From Bdellovibrionota bacterium (GTDB taxonomy: Bacteria; Bdellovibrionota_C; UBA2361; JBGSMV01), in contig JBGSMV010000044.1 of assembly GCA_041739995.1 (NCBI GenBank), forward strand, positions 1 through 56,403: DNA of 56,403 nt, read 5' to 3'. This document shows, one piece after another, positions 1-9,692 of this stretch (position 1 is the stretch's first letter; each line of letters begins with the position of its first letter). The notes below the pieces were generated by a model. That model was not told the origin of the DNA. It saw only the letters and a list, made by a program, of their open reading frames with translations, and searched no databases. The translations under genes and the position numbers were made by a program.

Positions 1-252
1 CGGAGCTTGTGGTCGAGCTTCAGAGACGTTGATTGCTCGTCCGTCTTCTTCAAGTCCGTTTAGCTGCGAGATTGCTGCTTGAGCTTCATCGTCAGTCGAC
101 ATTTCGACGAATCCAAAGCCCTTGCTACGACCGCTGTCGCGATCGATAATCACTTTAGCGGATTCAACATTGCCTGCTCCTGCGAAAATATCGCGAAGCC
201 GGTCATCATTCACACTGTACGGCAGGTTGCCGACATACAGTTTCTTACCCAT
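1..252 (-). CDS. RRM (RNP-1) RNA-binding protein, 3' end runs off the window
   Basis: Not in the ORF track. Manual translation: MGKKLYVGNLPYSVNDDRLRDIFAGAGNVESAKVIIDRDSGRSKGFGFVEM..., with RNP2 (LYVGNL) and RNP1 (KGFGFVEM). GGAGG lies just upstream of the ATG. Confidence 0.95.
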   Translation of the reverse strand, partial: MGKKLYVGNLPYSVNDDRLRDIFAGAGNVESAKVIIDRDSGRSKGFGFVEMSTDDEAQAAISQLNGLEEDGRAINVSEARPQAP

Positions 253-448
253 GGTCCCTCCTAGGGGGTCGTTCAATTAACCGCAAAGAGGACATGAGCG
301 GAACTGCTCTAGGACTCTGACGCGGACTTAACAAGGAAAGTATAGCGCAAGACGTTAGCCAAGAAAACTAACTTCTTGAAAATACCAGCTTTTTAAGTGT
401 TTCCAGGAATTTGCCAGGGTATCTTGGCTTGATTTCGGCCCTTTAGGA

Positions 449-1957
449 CTAAGAAATGGCTTCTGGGCCGAGGCATTGGCCCATTACCTTGCGGATGGCG
501 TTGAACAGCAACGAGGAGTCGTGCCCAGGATTTTCGACCAGAGCAGGGTCTACTTCTAGATACAGAACCCCGGGATGAGCTTCGTTGAGCACCGATCCGA
601 AGAGGCACATTGCCTCGGAGCCATCAGGTTGGAGCACCTGCTGCTTAAGCATCACGTGCGTATTCAGTGTGCCAGACACAGGGTTGTTTTCTCCTTCCCT
701 ATACGAATTATATGACTCCAAGGCCCGATCTCCTACCCGCAGCGCTGGACGCAATGCTCCGGAGTCTCTTTTGAAGAGGTAAAGACACCCGCGCACAAAT
801 CCAAGCTGTGGTATTGCCGAGTCGACGAGCACTCTCAGTGCATCAACCGAAATGTTTCCTGGCGATATGAGTTGGTAGACTCGATCGAGCGTGAGGCGAT
901 GTGATGGCTCACAGCGTTTCAGGTAAGGATTCACCGCGGCCAGTCGCCCCTGTTCCTCGGTCAAAGTGCCTGGCTCGGGAGGCTTTTCAAAGAAAGGAGT
1001 ATCTATCGAGTGCGAGATGGATTGTTGAAGAGTATTAAAAGAACTCTGAATGGCTGGTCTGATAAGTGCTGAAATGTTTATCCCTAAACTTCCTTCTAGC
1101 GCGTGCTCCACCTCTGCCCATTGTTCTAAAGCTTTGGGGTAGTGTTGTGGGTCGTTCGCTTTCGCGAAGAGTTCGGACACATTCAAAACCTCGGCCAGAG
1201 AAAGTCTTTCCTCTGGGCCCGCGCCTTTAGGCCCAGGTTTTGCCGCATTTTCATGCCCTTCGATTTTAGGGCTGAGCACTCGGCGTAGTTCAGGACGAAG
1301 GTTCCAGTCGGCGGCGAAGCGCATGCCCACCTCAGCCGGCGAAAGTCCAAGAAGTTTCTTCAGTTCGACTTCAAGAGAGACTCCTCGGGATCTCTGGTGG
1401 AGCAGCGCTCGGGCATAAATCTCAGGATAGTTCCAGGCAAGAAGGCTATGTCCGAGTTGTCGTAGTGTTGCTGTCGAAAATGCCAGCTCGGGAGAGATCT
1501 CTGCGCTGGGGGCCAGGGCTTCGGCGGTTCTCGAGCTAATGATGGTGTGTTGAAAGCGAAGCAGCTGAGCGGGAGTAGCGTCCTTCAGTCGATGAACTGA
1601 GATTTGACGATCGCCTGGAGCGAAGAGCTTCTGAAGCTTCTCTTCCTCTAAGGTTTTGAGCTGCTCTAGGGGATCTACGCCTTGGTGTATTTCCTCCGCC
1701 AAAGACTTCATGTGCTTTGCTACATGCACGAAGAGACCGGGGTCACTCTTTACCGCATCCCACACAGATTCTGGCTTTTTGCGAAACTCTCCTGAGGAAA
1801 GACTTTCCTTCACCGCCTTTAAGACCTGCGGGTTAATCGGGAGTCCACCGCGCGCGAGATGATCAATCGAATCGTCGGCCTTGCGATTCTGCGAACGGCC
1901 GACCATGGATTTAATCTTTCGGTCCGGTCGCGGTGGTTGGTACGAGAACGAAGTCAT
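449..1957 (-). CDS. HDOD-domain signal transduction protein with a C-terminal GAF-like region
   Basis: 502 aa. LP...V, DPGL, H...S...AE.LA, AF....L..LG..LL and 'LGLSPAEVGMRFAADWNL' follow the HDOD pattern with the HD residues degenerate. C-terminal RGCLYL...L.P.LR.G is GAF-like. Confidence 0.7.
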   Translation of the reverse strand: MTSFSYQPPRPDRKIKSMVGRSQNRKADDSIDHLARGGLPINPQVLKAVKESLSSGEFRKKPESVWDAVKSDPGLFVHVAKHMKSLAEEIHQGVDPLEQLKTLEEEKLQKLFAPGDRQISVHRLKDATPAQLLRFQHTIISSRTAEALAPSAEISPELAFSTATLRQLGHSLLAWNYPEIYARALLHQRSRGVSLEVELKKLLGLSPAEVGMRFAADWNLRPELRRVLSPKIEGHENAAKPGPKGAGPEERLSLAEVLNVSELFAKANDPQHYPKALEQWAEVEHALEGSLGINISALIRPAIQSSFNTLQQSISHSIDTPFFEKPPEPGTLTEEQGRLAAVNPYLKRCEPSHRLTLDRVYQLISPGNISVDALRVLVDSAIPQLGFVRGCLYLFKRDSGALRPALRVGDRALESYNSYREGENNPVSGTLNTHVMLKQQVLQPDGSEAMCLFGSVLNEAHPGVLYLEVDPALVENPGHDSSLLFNAIRKVMGQCLGPEAIS

Positions 1958-2006
1958 TTTAGTTACGCTTGTAGTCGCATGCAGATTTCCTAGTCTTCAT
2001 ATTGGG

Positions 2007-2033
2007 TTATCGGCAGAATCTGCTTGAATTTTG
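2007..2033 (-). promoter_or_regulatory. Sigma28 (FliA)-type promoter for the HDOD gene
   Basis: Minus strand CAAA-N15-GCCGATAA (consensus TAAA-N15-GCCGATAA), 50 nt upstream of the ATG at 1957. Confidence 0.7.
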
Positions 2034-2139
2034 AGGCCATAGTCCGGTTATCAACAGAACGGGGTTATCCGCTGGAACGCAAAAGATCCAAGAGTTTCAA
2101 GCTACTTACTGATTGCACCCTAAGCGAGGGGGTGTTGAG

Positions 2140-3579
2140 ATGGTGCTTATGATTCGATTTTTACTGGTGATTTTTGGGGTGATCGGTGGCCTGTTCGGGG
2201 CGGTGTGGTTCGTTCAAACCCCCGTCTTTACCTGGCTGACCGATACGGAGGCACCCGTGATCTCGGTAACCAGTGGGGTAAGTGGGCTGGGTGTGAATAT
2301 ACGCCCATTCGCGGTCAAGGTCAGCGAGGAAGGAAGTGGAGTGAAGAGTCTGGTCGCGCTGTTGCGCGCACCAGGAAAAGAGAAGGCCTGCGAGGTGAAG
2401 CGCGGAGCTGAGACGAAAGAGCTCGCCGCGTTTTCTGTCGCTTGCGATCCGGTGGCCGGCGGATTCTCTGCCGGTTCGGCAACCGTTTCGCTGCAGGCCA
2501 CCGATGCTAGTTTTTGGTCCAATTTTGCTGAGAAGGAGTTTGCCGTCGATCTCGATTTCACGGCTCCTCAAATCGAAATCCTGACACTGCAACATGTGGT
2601 GCACGCCGGCGGATCTGAGCTGGTGCTTTTCCATGTGCTCGATGACCAGTCCGTTACCGCAGAGGTTCGGGTGGGCCCCTTCAAGTTCTCTGCATCGCCG
2701 GCCCGTGCTCTGGATCCCTCTTTTCCTGAGCAGTCAAAGACATTCGTAAGCGTCTTCGCTCTTCCGCTTGATTGGGATCCAAAGTCGTCACCGGCTGAAG
2801 CCCGTCCGCGCATTCGAGTTACCGACAAGTCCGGAAATTGGGGCGAAACTGAACTCGGATTTCGCTCCCAGCCGAGCGAACGCAGGGACGATCGGATCGA
2901 GATTTCAGAAGAGTTTATCGAGCTTAAGGTTCAACCTTTGGTGAGGAACTACGAGCTTTTCGTGAAGCGCTCTCGAAATGCTCAGCTTGAAGAGCGCATG
3001 AGCGCGATTCCGCCGCCGGATGAACAGGCGGCGAGGTTCAAAATTGTGAATGGGGACTATCGCGGGATGCTCGATCGCGAGTTGGCGGCTTTGTTCTCGC
3101 GAGTTACTCATGAACGTATGTGGCAGGGTGTGTTCATTCGACCAATGGCGGCAAAGTTGTCATCAAATTTCGGTGATAGACGCACGTATGTGCTTGGAGA
3201 TGAGGAAATTGGAACTTCTACCCACAACGGCTTTGACATGGCCTCCACTGAACGCGATATCGTGCGTGCCTCGAATGAGGGGATTGTGCGCCTCGCCGAT
3301 GATTTTGGAATCTATGGCAATACGATCGTTGTTGATCACGGACTTGGCGTATCGACGCTCTACTCGCACCTTTCTGTCATTCAGGTGAAAGTGGGCGACC
3401 GGGTGTTAAAAGGAGATATTATCGGTCGTACTGGAGTTACGGGGTTTGCGGGCGGGGATCACTTACATTTTGAGTTGAGAGTGGGTGAGGTTCCGGTAAG
3501 CCCGATTGAATGGTGGGATCCGAAGTGGTACGCCGACAATGTTGAGCTAAAGGTTTCTTCCGCTAAGGCGCGGCTCTAG
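2140..3579 (+). CDS. M23 family metallopeptidase with an N-terminal membrane anchor
   Basis: HNGFD (HxxxD), YGNTIVVDHG, YSHLS, GDHLHF (HxH) and an N-terminal hydrophobic helix. Start set at ATG 2140 after a G-rich RBS; the track ORF begins at 2113. Confidence 0.93.
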   Translation: MVLMIRFLLVIFGVIGGLFGAVWFVQTPVFTWLTDTEAPVISVTSGVSGLGVNIRPFAVKVSEEGSGVKSLVALLRAPGKEKACEVKRGAETKELAAFSVACDPVAGGFSAGSATVSLQATDASFWSNFAEKEFAVDLDFTAPQIEILTLQHVVHAGGSELVLFHVLDDQSVTAEVRVGPFKFSASPARALDPSFPEQSKTFVSVFALPLDWDPKSSPAEARPRIRVTDKSGNWGETELGFRSQPSERRDDRIEISEEFIELKVQPLVRNYELFVKRSRNAQLEERMSAIPPPDEQAARFKIVNGDYRGMLDRELAALFSRVTHERMWQGVFIRPMAAKLSSNFGDRRTYVLGDEEIGTSTHNGFDMASTERDIVRASNEGIVRLADDFGIYGNTIVVDHGLGVSTLYSHLSVIQVKVGDRVLKGDIIGRTGVTGFAGGDHLHFELRVGEVPVSPIEWWDPKWYADNVELKVSSAKARL

Positions 3580-3829
3580 TGTCCTGACTTACAAGTTCAT
3601 GCCTGTATCTTCCTCGCTGTTCTCGCGGAACCCATTGTGTAATTTATTAAAAATATTCACAAAGAGCTCAGCGAGCCCAGTGAGAGCTATTCATTGAACT
3701 CTTAACTCAGGACGCCAGACCGTTTCTTTGCGCAACCTCTTCTGAAGTGCGCTTTCCGCGCAGTGGGTTGAAAGTCTTAGTCTTTTGAACGTTCCTTAGG
3801 TGCACAGAGAGGGATATACTGCCCGGCCC

Positions 3830-5284
3830 ATGACACCACAGCCTGAACCAGATCCACGGCCTTTGAAGCCCTCTCAGGCAAACTTCCCTGAGGCAAATCC
3901 TCCTCCGGTGCATCCTGATTTTAAGGGAGTAATACCTGGCGAGCAGCCTTATAAATTTTCTGTGGCATTTTCGGAAAACTGCGATCGGCTTTTCAGAGGG
4001 GAGCCCCCGAGTGTTTCAGAGCAGGCGATAACAGTAAGAGCGTGGCAGGCTAAACGGTTACGCTTTCTACTTGATGAGAACGCTCCCACGCAGGCTCGAG
4101 AACTTCTCGTGTTGGGTACTTCTGAGTATGTGCCCAAAGAAAGACAGCCCCCGAAAGAGATTCAACTTCCGTTTCTTGTGGCAGTTCCCCCTAGCCCCAC
4201 ATGTCCCACGGGAGCGCTGTGCTGTGGTCTCTATTCGCCTGGCAAAGATAGCTTTTCGATCGGCCTCTCCTCTCAGGCGTCCGAGTCTCCGGTGAAGTTC
4301 GCTGCTCTGCCCTGCTCCCTCCGCCTTGTGCAGGGACTTCAGTGGGTCAAGCTGGTGGAAAGATTGACGGGGAGTTCAGATATTATTCGCGCGGACGCGT
4401 GGACATTCCTTGATAGTGGGGTTGTTTCGCCTTTGCTTGGGCGCGCTACCGGAGAGGAAGTCCTCGCCGAAGTTCGTTCGGCACCGCTTGAAGGGGTACT
4501 TGAATCGCTGAAGATATGCAGAGCGCTTGGAATTTCACTTTCTGGCCCCGACCTCCATCGTGGCATGTCGCATGGCGCGTTACCAATCTCAGAAGATACC
4601 AGAGCGGTATTTGAGCAATACGAATACGCAAGAAACGAGCATAGAACGCTCTCTCCGGAAATTCTCCAGGCGGAGATTGCCTTGAAGTCTCGCAAATGGC
4701 TCGGTCTGCGCTATCGTCATTCGATTGAAGCGCTACGTTGCGAGCAACCTACGTTGGGACAGAATATTCGATTATGCGCTGAGGGTGTGCGCAAGTTTCA
4801 GGAAGTAGACGGAGAGAATGGATCTTCGTTTACGCGCATTCGTAGTGCGATTTCTGGGTGCTCGCATTCCTTTCAGGCTATTTCTAGAAGCTCTTATCTC
4901 AAGGGTATCAATGAGGGAATGTGGGAGCGTCTCCGGACGATAGGGCCCCTATTCGCAAATGTAGATACGCAGCTCTATCAACTGGCCTCACCTTCGGATG
5001 GGAATTTCTCCCGTCGCGAAATTTTGTCATCGATGAACGCTCTGTTGTTGTTGGATTCAAGCGTTCTTCAGCTTGCCCGTGAATTGCGACCCCTATTTCG
5101 CGCGGCCTATTGCGACGTGGAGCATGAGTCCGGCGCGGACCGTCTTGAAGAATGCTACGAGTATGCCGCGAGGGCGCTTGTGTGCACGAGACGGGAGCTC
5201 GATCGCTGCTTCCCTGGTTGGTTGCAGTACGGTAGTCCTCTCAGCGCTGGATCTCTGGAAGATTCAGATCCAACTATAGTTTGA
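3830..5284 (+). CDS. Hypothetical protein
   Basis: Long ORF (494 aa from GTG 3800; ATG at 3830) with a Pro-rich N-terminus and helical-looking C-terminus. No motif recognised. Confidence 0.7.
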   Translation: MTPQPEPDPRPLKPSQANFPEANPPPVHPDFKGVIPGEQPYKFSVAFSENCDRLFRGEPPSVSEQAITVRAWQAKRLRFLLDENAPTQARELLVLGTSEYVPKERQPPKEIQLPFLVAVPPSPTCPTGALCCGLYSPGKDSFSIGLSSQASESPVKFAALPCSLRLVQGLQWVKLVERLTGSSDIIRADAWTFLDSGVVSPLLGRATGEEVLAEVRSAPLEGVLESLKICRALGISLSGPDLHRGMSHGALPISEDTRAVFEQYEYARNEHRTLSPEILQAEIALKSRKWLGLRYRHSIEALRCEQPTLGQNIRLCAEGVRKFQEVDGENGSSFTRIRSAISGCSHSFQAISRSSYLKGINEGMWERLRTIGPLFANVDTQLYQLASPSDGNFSRREILSSMNALLLLDSSVLQLARELRPLFRAAYCDVEHESGADRLEECYEYAARALVCTRRELDRCFPGWLQYGSPLSAGSLEDSDPTIV

Positions 5285-5799
5285 GCCTGGCGGGAGAAGC
5301 TCGTCATGCGAGGGCAGGAGCCTTACGCTTAAGGAGTTGCAAGAAGCCGGTCGGCCGTCTCGCAAAACATCGCTTTTAAGGCCTGCCGTTTTTCGAGCGC
5401 GTCGAAAATGCGTCGTTCTTCCATACCGTTAACTCCACAGCTGCTGCTGGCTCTCGGACCAACAGCCTTAGATTCAGAGGGATACTTCACCCATCGCTCA
5501 AGTTGAGGAACCCAACTATCGAAATTCTCTTTAATTCTGATGAAGTTGTTTAAGCAACGCCGCAAGGGAGGTGGCAGCTGCCAGAAAGGCCAAGGAAGGG
5601 CATAGGCTATGCAAAGTATTTTCAATTACTTGCAAAAATAATCCCGCCGACTTGTCCTCGGTAGCCTTGGCGGAAGAGGAAGCCTCCTCGAATTGGATGG
5701 CAGCACAGGCACATGCGAGCGAAGGTGGACCCTGATAAACAGTGCGGTGTCACAGACTCCTACGTAAATTGCTGAGCCGCTCAGTGCTCGCATTCGGCA

Positions 5800-6018
5800 A
5801 TGCCAGCGCTACATCTTAAGCGCCAGATCGTTCAGCGCCTGATGAATCGAGACGAACTCAATTACATGCCGACAAAACCAGTAGACTCCAGAGACAATCC
5901 CGCCCCGCCACCGCCACCGCCGAAAAAGCTTCCACCACCGGAACGGTCAGAGGAAGCCCCTCCCCCAAAACCCGTCCCCACAGAGGGAAAGGGTGAGAAG
6001 GTGGACACCGAGGCTTAA
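5800..6018 (+). CDS. Small proline-rich protein ending GKGEKVDTEA
   Basis: 72-aa ORF (alternative ATG 5866). The terminal G-x-x-VD-x-x-A motif resembles the ends of YjfB-like small proteins. No clear RBS. Confidence 0.45.
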   Translation: MPALHLKRQIVQRLMNRDELNYMPTKPVDSRDNPAPPPPPPKKLPPPERSEEAPPPKPVPTEGKGEKVDTEA

Positions 6019-6188
6019 GCAATCTTCGCACGCAGTCACTTCGTAGCCGACTCTCGAGATATGCGGTTATCAAGCAGCGCAATCGAGATCGTGCGAGTTC
6101 TTCCCGAGCATTGATCTTACCCAAAGATTCCGGCAGCAAACCACCTTCGGCGTTTTGATACTCCGCTAAATTTACCGGATATTATTCT

Positions 6189-6215
6189 TAAGATCCGAGG
6201 CTTCGTCGCCGATTC
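6189..6215 (+). promoter_or_regulatory. Sigma28-type promoter candidate
   Basis: TAAG-N15-GCCGATTC, about 100 nt upstream of ATG 6317. Confidence 0.55.
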
Positions 6216-6316
6216 CTACCCTGCTTACCGTGTGTGTGCGGAAAGTCGTCGCTTGAAACCTTCGTTGGTTGGTGGAAGCGATGGTTCTGAAGTTACCAAC
6301 AGAGGAAGTTGTTGCA

Positions 6317-6475
6317 ATGGATGCAGTATCGCAAGGAACCGGGAACCTCAGCGCCGCGTTGAAGAAGAAAGAAGTGAATCAGGACGGAGCGGTGAAGGCC
6401 AAGCTTATCGAAGCTGCCACTCAAGACACCCCAAAACCAGCAGCCGCTTCTCGCGCCTCGCTGGCAATAGCGTAA
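6317..6475 (+). CDS. YjfB-like (putative motility) microprotein, 52 aa
   Basis: MDAVSQGTGNLSAALKKKEVNQDGAVKAKLIEAATQDTPKPAAASRASLAIA. AGAGGA RBS at 6301-6306. The LKK...Q......LIE pattern resembles YjfB. Confidence 0.55.
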   Translation: MDAVSQGTGNLSAALKKKEVNQDGAVKAKLIEAATQDTPKPAAASRASLAIA

Positions 6476-6705
6476 AGGTATTAAGGAGTTCATTCGCAAG
6501 TTCTCTTGGCAATCTACCAGGACTTGCAATGAACTCCTTAATCACGCGCGAGAAAAGCTTCACCACTGACTCAGCGGGGCACTGCTCATCGGATCCTCCC
6601 CCGAGACCTCGGCGTTATCAATGAACAGCAGCAATCATAGGGCACGCACGCCGATATCCGTTTACCGAAGAGTACATGTGAGACCATCTTCGGTCTTCCA
6701 TATAT

Positions 6706-8505
6706 CTAGAATATATCCCAGCGATATTTGCCATCAGCGAGGATGCTCTTCGCAAGCGCTCGCAAAGAATCATCCTCATTCCTTTCCAGTCGCCTAAGAT
6801 TCGAATTCATGCGTCGTTTGGCCTGCTGCGTAAAAAGCTTCGCGATGTGAAGCTCATCTTGGCAGGCAGCCTCGCCACGCTTTTCAATCATCTGAGATAC
6901 GCGTGAAACTACACATAGGCCGACGAAGAGATCGATGGCGATATCGGAAACGCGCTTTGTAATCAGCTGATTTCCAATGACGTCTTTCCCAAGGCGCTTT
7001 AAGATCTCATTCGAGGCTTTTGAAAGCCGCAGCACATAGAGCTCAAATATCTCAGTTTGCGCGCGCAGTGCAGGGTGAGCCGACTCAATTCGTTGACGAC
7101 CGACCGAGGTCATCTGCGTGAGACGTTTTTGGGCATAGCGTGATAGCACCCCAAACCCCTTAATCGGATCATTAAAAATGCTTCCGGCCGACTTCCCTAC
7201 TCCTTTTAGATACTCACCGGCATCTTTGAGGCCAGAGAGCGCAACGTAAAGGCGCAAGATTTCGTTCGTGCCCTCGTAAATTCTATTGATTCGGCAATCA
7301 CGGACAATGCGCTCGTAGGGATACTCGCGCATAAAGCCATTTCCTCCAGCGATCTGTAGCGCCTCGTCAGCCACCATCCACATCGACTCTGAAGCAAAAA
7401 TCTTAGAGATGGCGGCTTCAACTGAAAAGTCTTCGAGCCCGCGATCGATGTAGTGCGCCACCATGTTGACCACGCTCTCAGTGGCAAAACACGCCACGGT
7501 CATATTGGCGATCTTTTCCTGTATCAGCTCAAATTCAGCAATGCTACGCCCGAACTGTTTGCGCTCGAGCGCCTGTTTGGAGGCCAATGCGATGCAGCGG
7601 CGCATGGCGCCCACGCACCCTCCCCCTAAGCCAGTTCTCCCATTGTTGAGGATGTTCATGGCGACCTTGAAGCCCTTGCCTGGCTCGCCAAGAACGTTCT
7701 CTGCGGGAACGTTTACCCCATCGAAGCGAACAGAAGTCGTTGCCGAGGCTCGGATTCCCATTTTGTCTTCTTTGGGCCCGGTGGAAACGCCTGCAAAGCT
7801 TCGCTCTACAATGAATGCCGTGATTTTGCCCTGCTCGCCCTCGGTGCGCGCGAAAACAGTGAACAGCTCCGCAAAGGCACCATTGGTTATCCAGATTTTT
7901 TCGCCCGTCAAGGTCCAGGAGCCATCAGCGTTCTTGGTGGCGTTGGTCTTAATCGAGGCCGCGTCCGAGCCAGAGCTCGGTTCGGTAAGACAGAAGGCGG
8001 CGATCATTTCTCCGCTGGCGAGCTTTCGAAGGTAGCGTTCTTTCTGAGAATCAGTACCGAAAAGCACCAGCCCCTTCATTCCTATTGAGCTGTGGGCGCC
8101 GACGGTAAGCGACGTTGAAGCATCCCACTGGCTGGTCTGTTGGAGTACTCGCGAATAGCAAACATTAGAGAATCCAAGTCCGTCGTACTCTTGAGGAATG
8201 ATAAGGCCGAAGAGCCCCATTTCTCGTAAGCTTTGAAGGTACTCTTCTGGCTGCGCCCCTTCCCTATCATAGGTGCGGTACTGCTCATCTTTACCGGACA
8301 TGAATTTATCGATGGAGTCGAGTACCATTGAAAGGCTTTCTGCTTCCTCGGTGTCTAACTCGGGGTACGGAAAAAGATTAGCTTCTTGAATGCTTCCGAG
8401 AAAAAAGCCTTCAGCGACGCTCACCTCGAGTAGAGGGTTAAAGCTTTTACTCTTAGGTGCGGCGTTTTTTCCGGGCTGCGCTGAGTCTGTTGGCTTCTTG
8501 GTCAT
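6706..8505 (-). CDS. Acyl-CoA dehydrogenase (ACAD9/VLCAD-like)
   Basis: AFCLTEPSSGSD, GEKIWITNG, EDKMGIRAS, ILNNGR, RKQFG, LQIAGGNGF, RIYEGTNEI, plus a C-terminal extension. Confidence 0.96.
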   Translation of the reverse strand: MTKKPTDSAQPGKNAAPKSKSFNPLLEVSVAEGFFLGSIQEANLFPYPELDTEEAESLSMVLDSIDKFMSGKDEQYRTYDREGAQPEEYLQSLREMGLFGLIIPQEYDGLGFSNVCYSRVLQQTSQWDASTSLTVGAHSSIGMKGLVLFGTDSQKERYLRKLASGEMIAAFCLTEPSSGSDAASIKTNATKNADGSWTLTGEKIWITNGAFAELFTVFARTEGEQGKITAFIVERSFAGVSTGPKEDKMGIRASATTSVRFDGVNVPAENVLGEPGKGFKVAMNILNNGRTGLGGGCVGAMRRCIALASKQALERKQFGRSIAEFELIQEKIANMTVACFATESVVNMVAHYIDRGLEDFSVEAAISKIFASESMWMVADEALQIAGGNGFMREYPYERIVRDCRINRIYEGTNEILRLYVALSGLKDAGEYLKGVGKSAGSIFNDPIKGFGVLSRYAQKRLTQMTSVGRQRIESAHPALRAQTEIFELYVLRLSKASNEILKRLGKDVIGNQLITKRVSDIAIDLFVGLCVVSRVSQMIEKRGEAACQDELHIAKLFTQQAKRRMNSNLRRLERNEDDSLRALAKSILADGKYRWDIF

Positions 8506-8567
8506 GATAATGGGCTCCCTACTCTTTTATGTATTCTATCAGGGAGCGACCGAAGCGGCGATAGACT

Positions 8568-9590
8568 TCAATTCGGGAAGAAGGCTGCAATCACTTCCGG
8601 CTCTAGCGGCAATTCCTGCGCCCTGGCCTGCTGCACGAGGGTCCATAGCAGTCGGTATGACGCACGGTCATGCAGAGTATCTTGGTGCCGAATGGGACCC
8701 CACGACGCTTCATGCCCCTGAAGAAGTACTGCCTGAGCGAGTGCGAGACTTTCAAAGTCAGGGGCGAAGGCACGTACGATCGGGGCAATTTGGTCGGGGT
8801 GAATACTCCACATACGCTGAAAGCCGAAGCTGGTGTAGGCGCGCCGCGCGTCGGCGAAGACGACTTCCATTGAACGAACATCGACACAGATGTTGTGACT
8901 AGCAACTTTGCCCGAGCGACAGGCCGCTTGAACGAGCGCTACCTTTGCAGCTACCAGCAAATGATGCTCGAACTGCAAAGGAGAGCGCATGGCGTCTGCG
9001 GGGATAATTCCCGCATGCTCACTGATAAAGTCCAGCAAACCAAAGTCGAGCACCTCAACGCTTGGATGCTCCGCGATTTCGCCGACGAGGTGCAGCGCGG
9101 AGGGGGTTTCGATCAGGACGTGCAGCGGCATGGGCGTGTCGCGCCCTGCTTGTCGACAGTGCCAATCCACCGCACGAGCGACGCGGTGTAGGTCTTCTAG
9201 GCGGCGCAGTTTAGGGACGGTGATATAGGAGAGAGCCTTTGCAGCGATGGGCATTGCCACCTGGAGATCTTTTTCCCATTGGGAGGACTCGGCATCGTGG
9301 ATTCTAAGTCCTAAAGCGGCTCGTTTGGGCGCCCCTGAGCGACGTAGTAGGTCGCTGGCACGATCTGAGAGGATTTCGGCCATGCGCTTGGCGTGAGCCT
9401 GCTCGTTGCCAATCGCCGCACCGTCTTCCAGGTCGGCGGTTACATCAAAAGTGTAGGTGCCTGCATCTTGTATAGAGAAGGCCTTTTCTAAAAAACGCTC
9501 GGAACCGGCAAAGTGTTCGCAGGCAGGTAGAAACACTCGCCTCGGGCTCCCTGGATTTAGTGTGAGGCTAGGATGCATTTTATTCGTCAC
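8568..9590 (-). CDS. HpcH/HpaI aldolase / CitE-like CoA-ester lyase
   Basis: DLEDGA, LRI, VPK, LIETP, LDFGLLDF and WSIHPDQI motifs of the CitE superfamily. Confidence 0.9.
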   Translation of the reverse strand: MTNKMHPSLTLNPGSPRRVFLPACEHFAGSERFLEKAFSIQDAGTYTFDVTADLEDGAAIGNEQAHAKRMAEILSDRASDLLRRSGAPKRAALGLRIHDAESSQWEKDLQVAMPIAAKALSYITVPKLRRLEDLHRVARAVDWHCRQAGRDTPMPLHVLIETPSALHLVGEIAEHPSVEVLDFGLLDFISEHAGIIPADAMRSPLQFEHHLLVAAKVALVQAACRSGKVASHNICVDVRSMEVVFADARRAYTSFGFQRMWSIHPDQIAPIVRAFAPDFESLALAQAVLLQGHEASWGPIRHQDTLHDRASYRLLWTLVQQARAQELPLEPEVIAAFFPN

Positions 9591-9692
9591 AGTATCGCCC
9601 AGATACTTCAGATCTGCGTCAAAGCGAAAGCCTCAGAACGACAAAAATCTGTTCTTTTGTTGGGTTGCCTCACTTGTAGTCGAGATGAGAGG

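Noticed and set aside
79..264. 61-aa plus-strand ORF in the track
   Set aside because: Antisense shadow of the RRM gene on the minus strand.
5329..5625. 98-aa minus-strand ORF
   Set aside because: TTG start, no RBS and no motif; cannot be supported as a gene.
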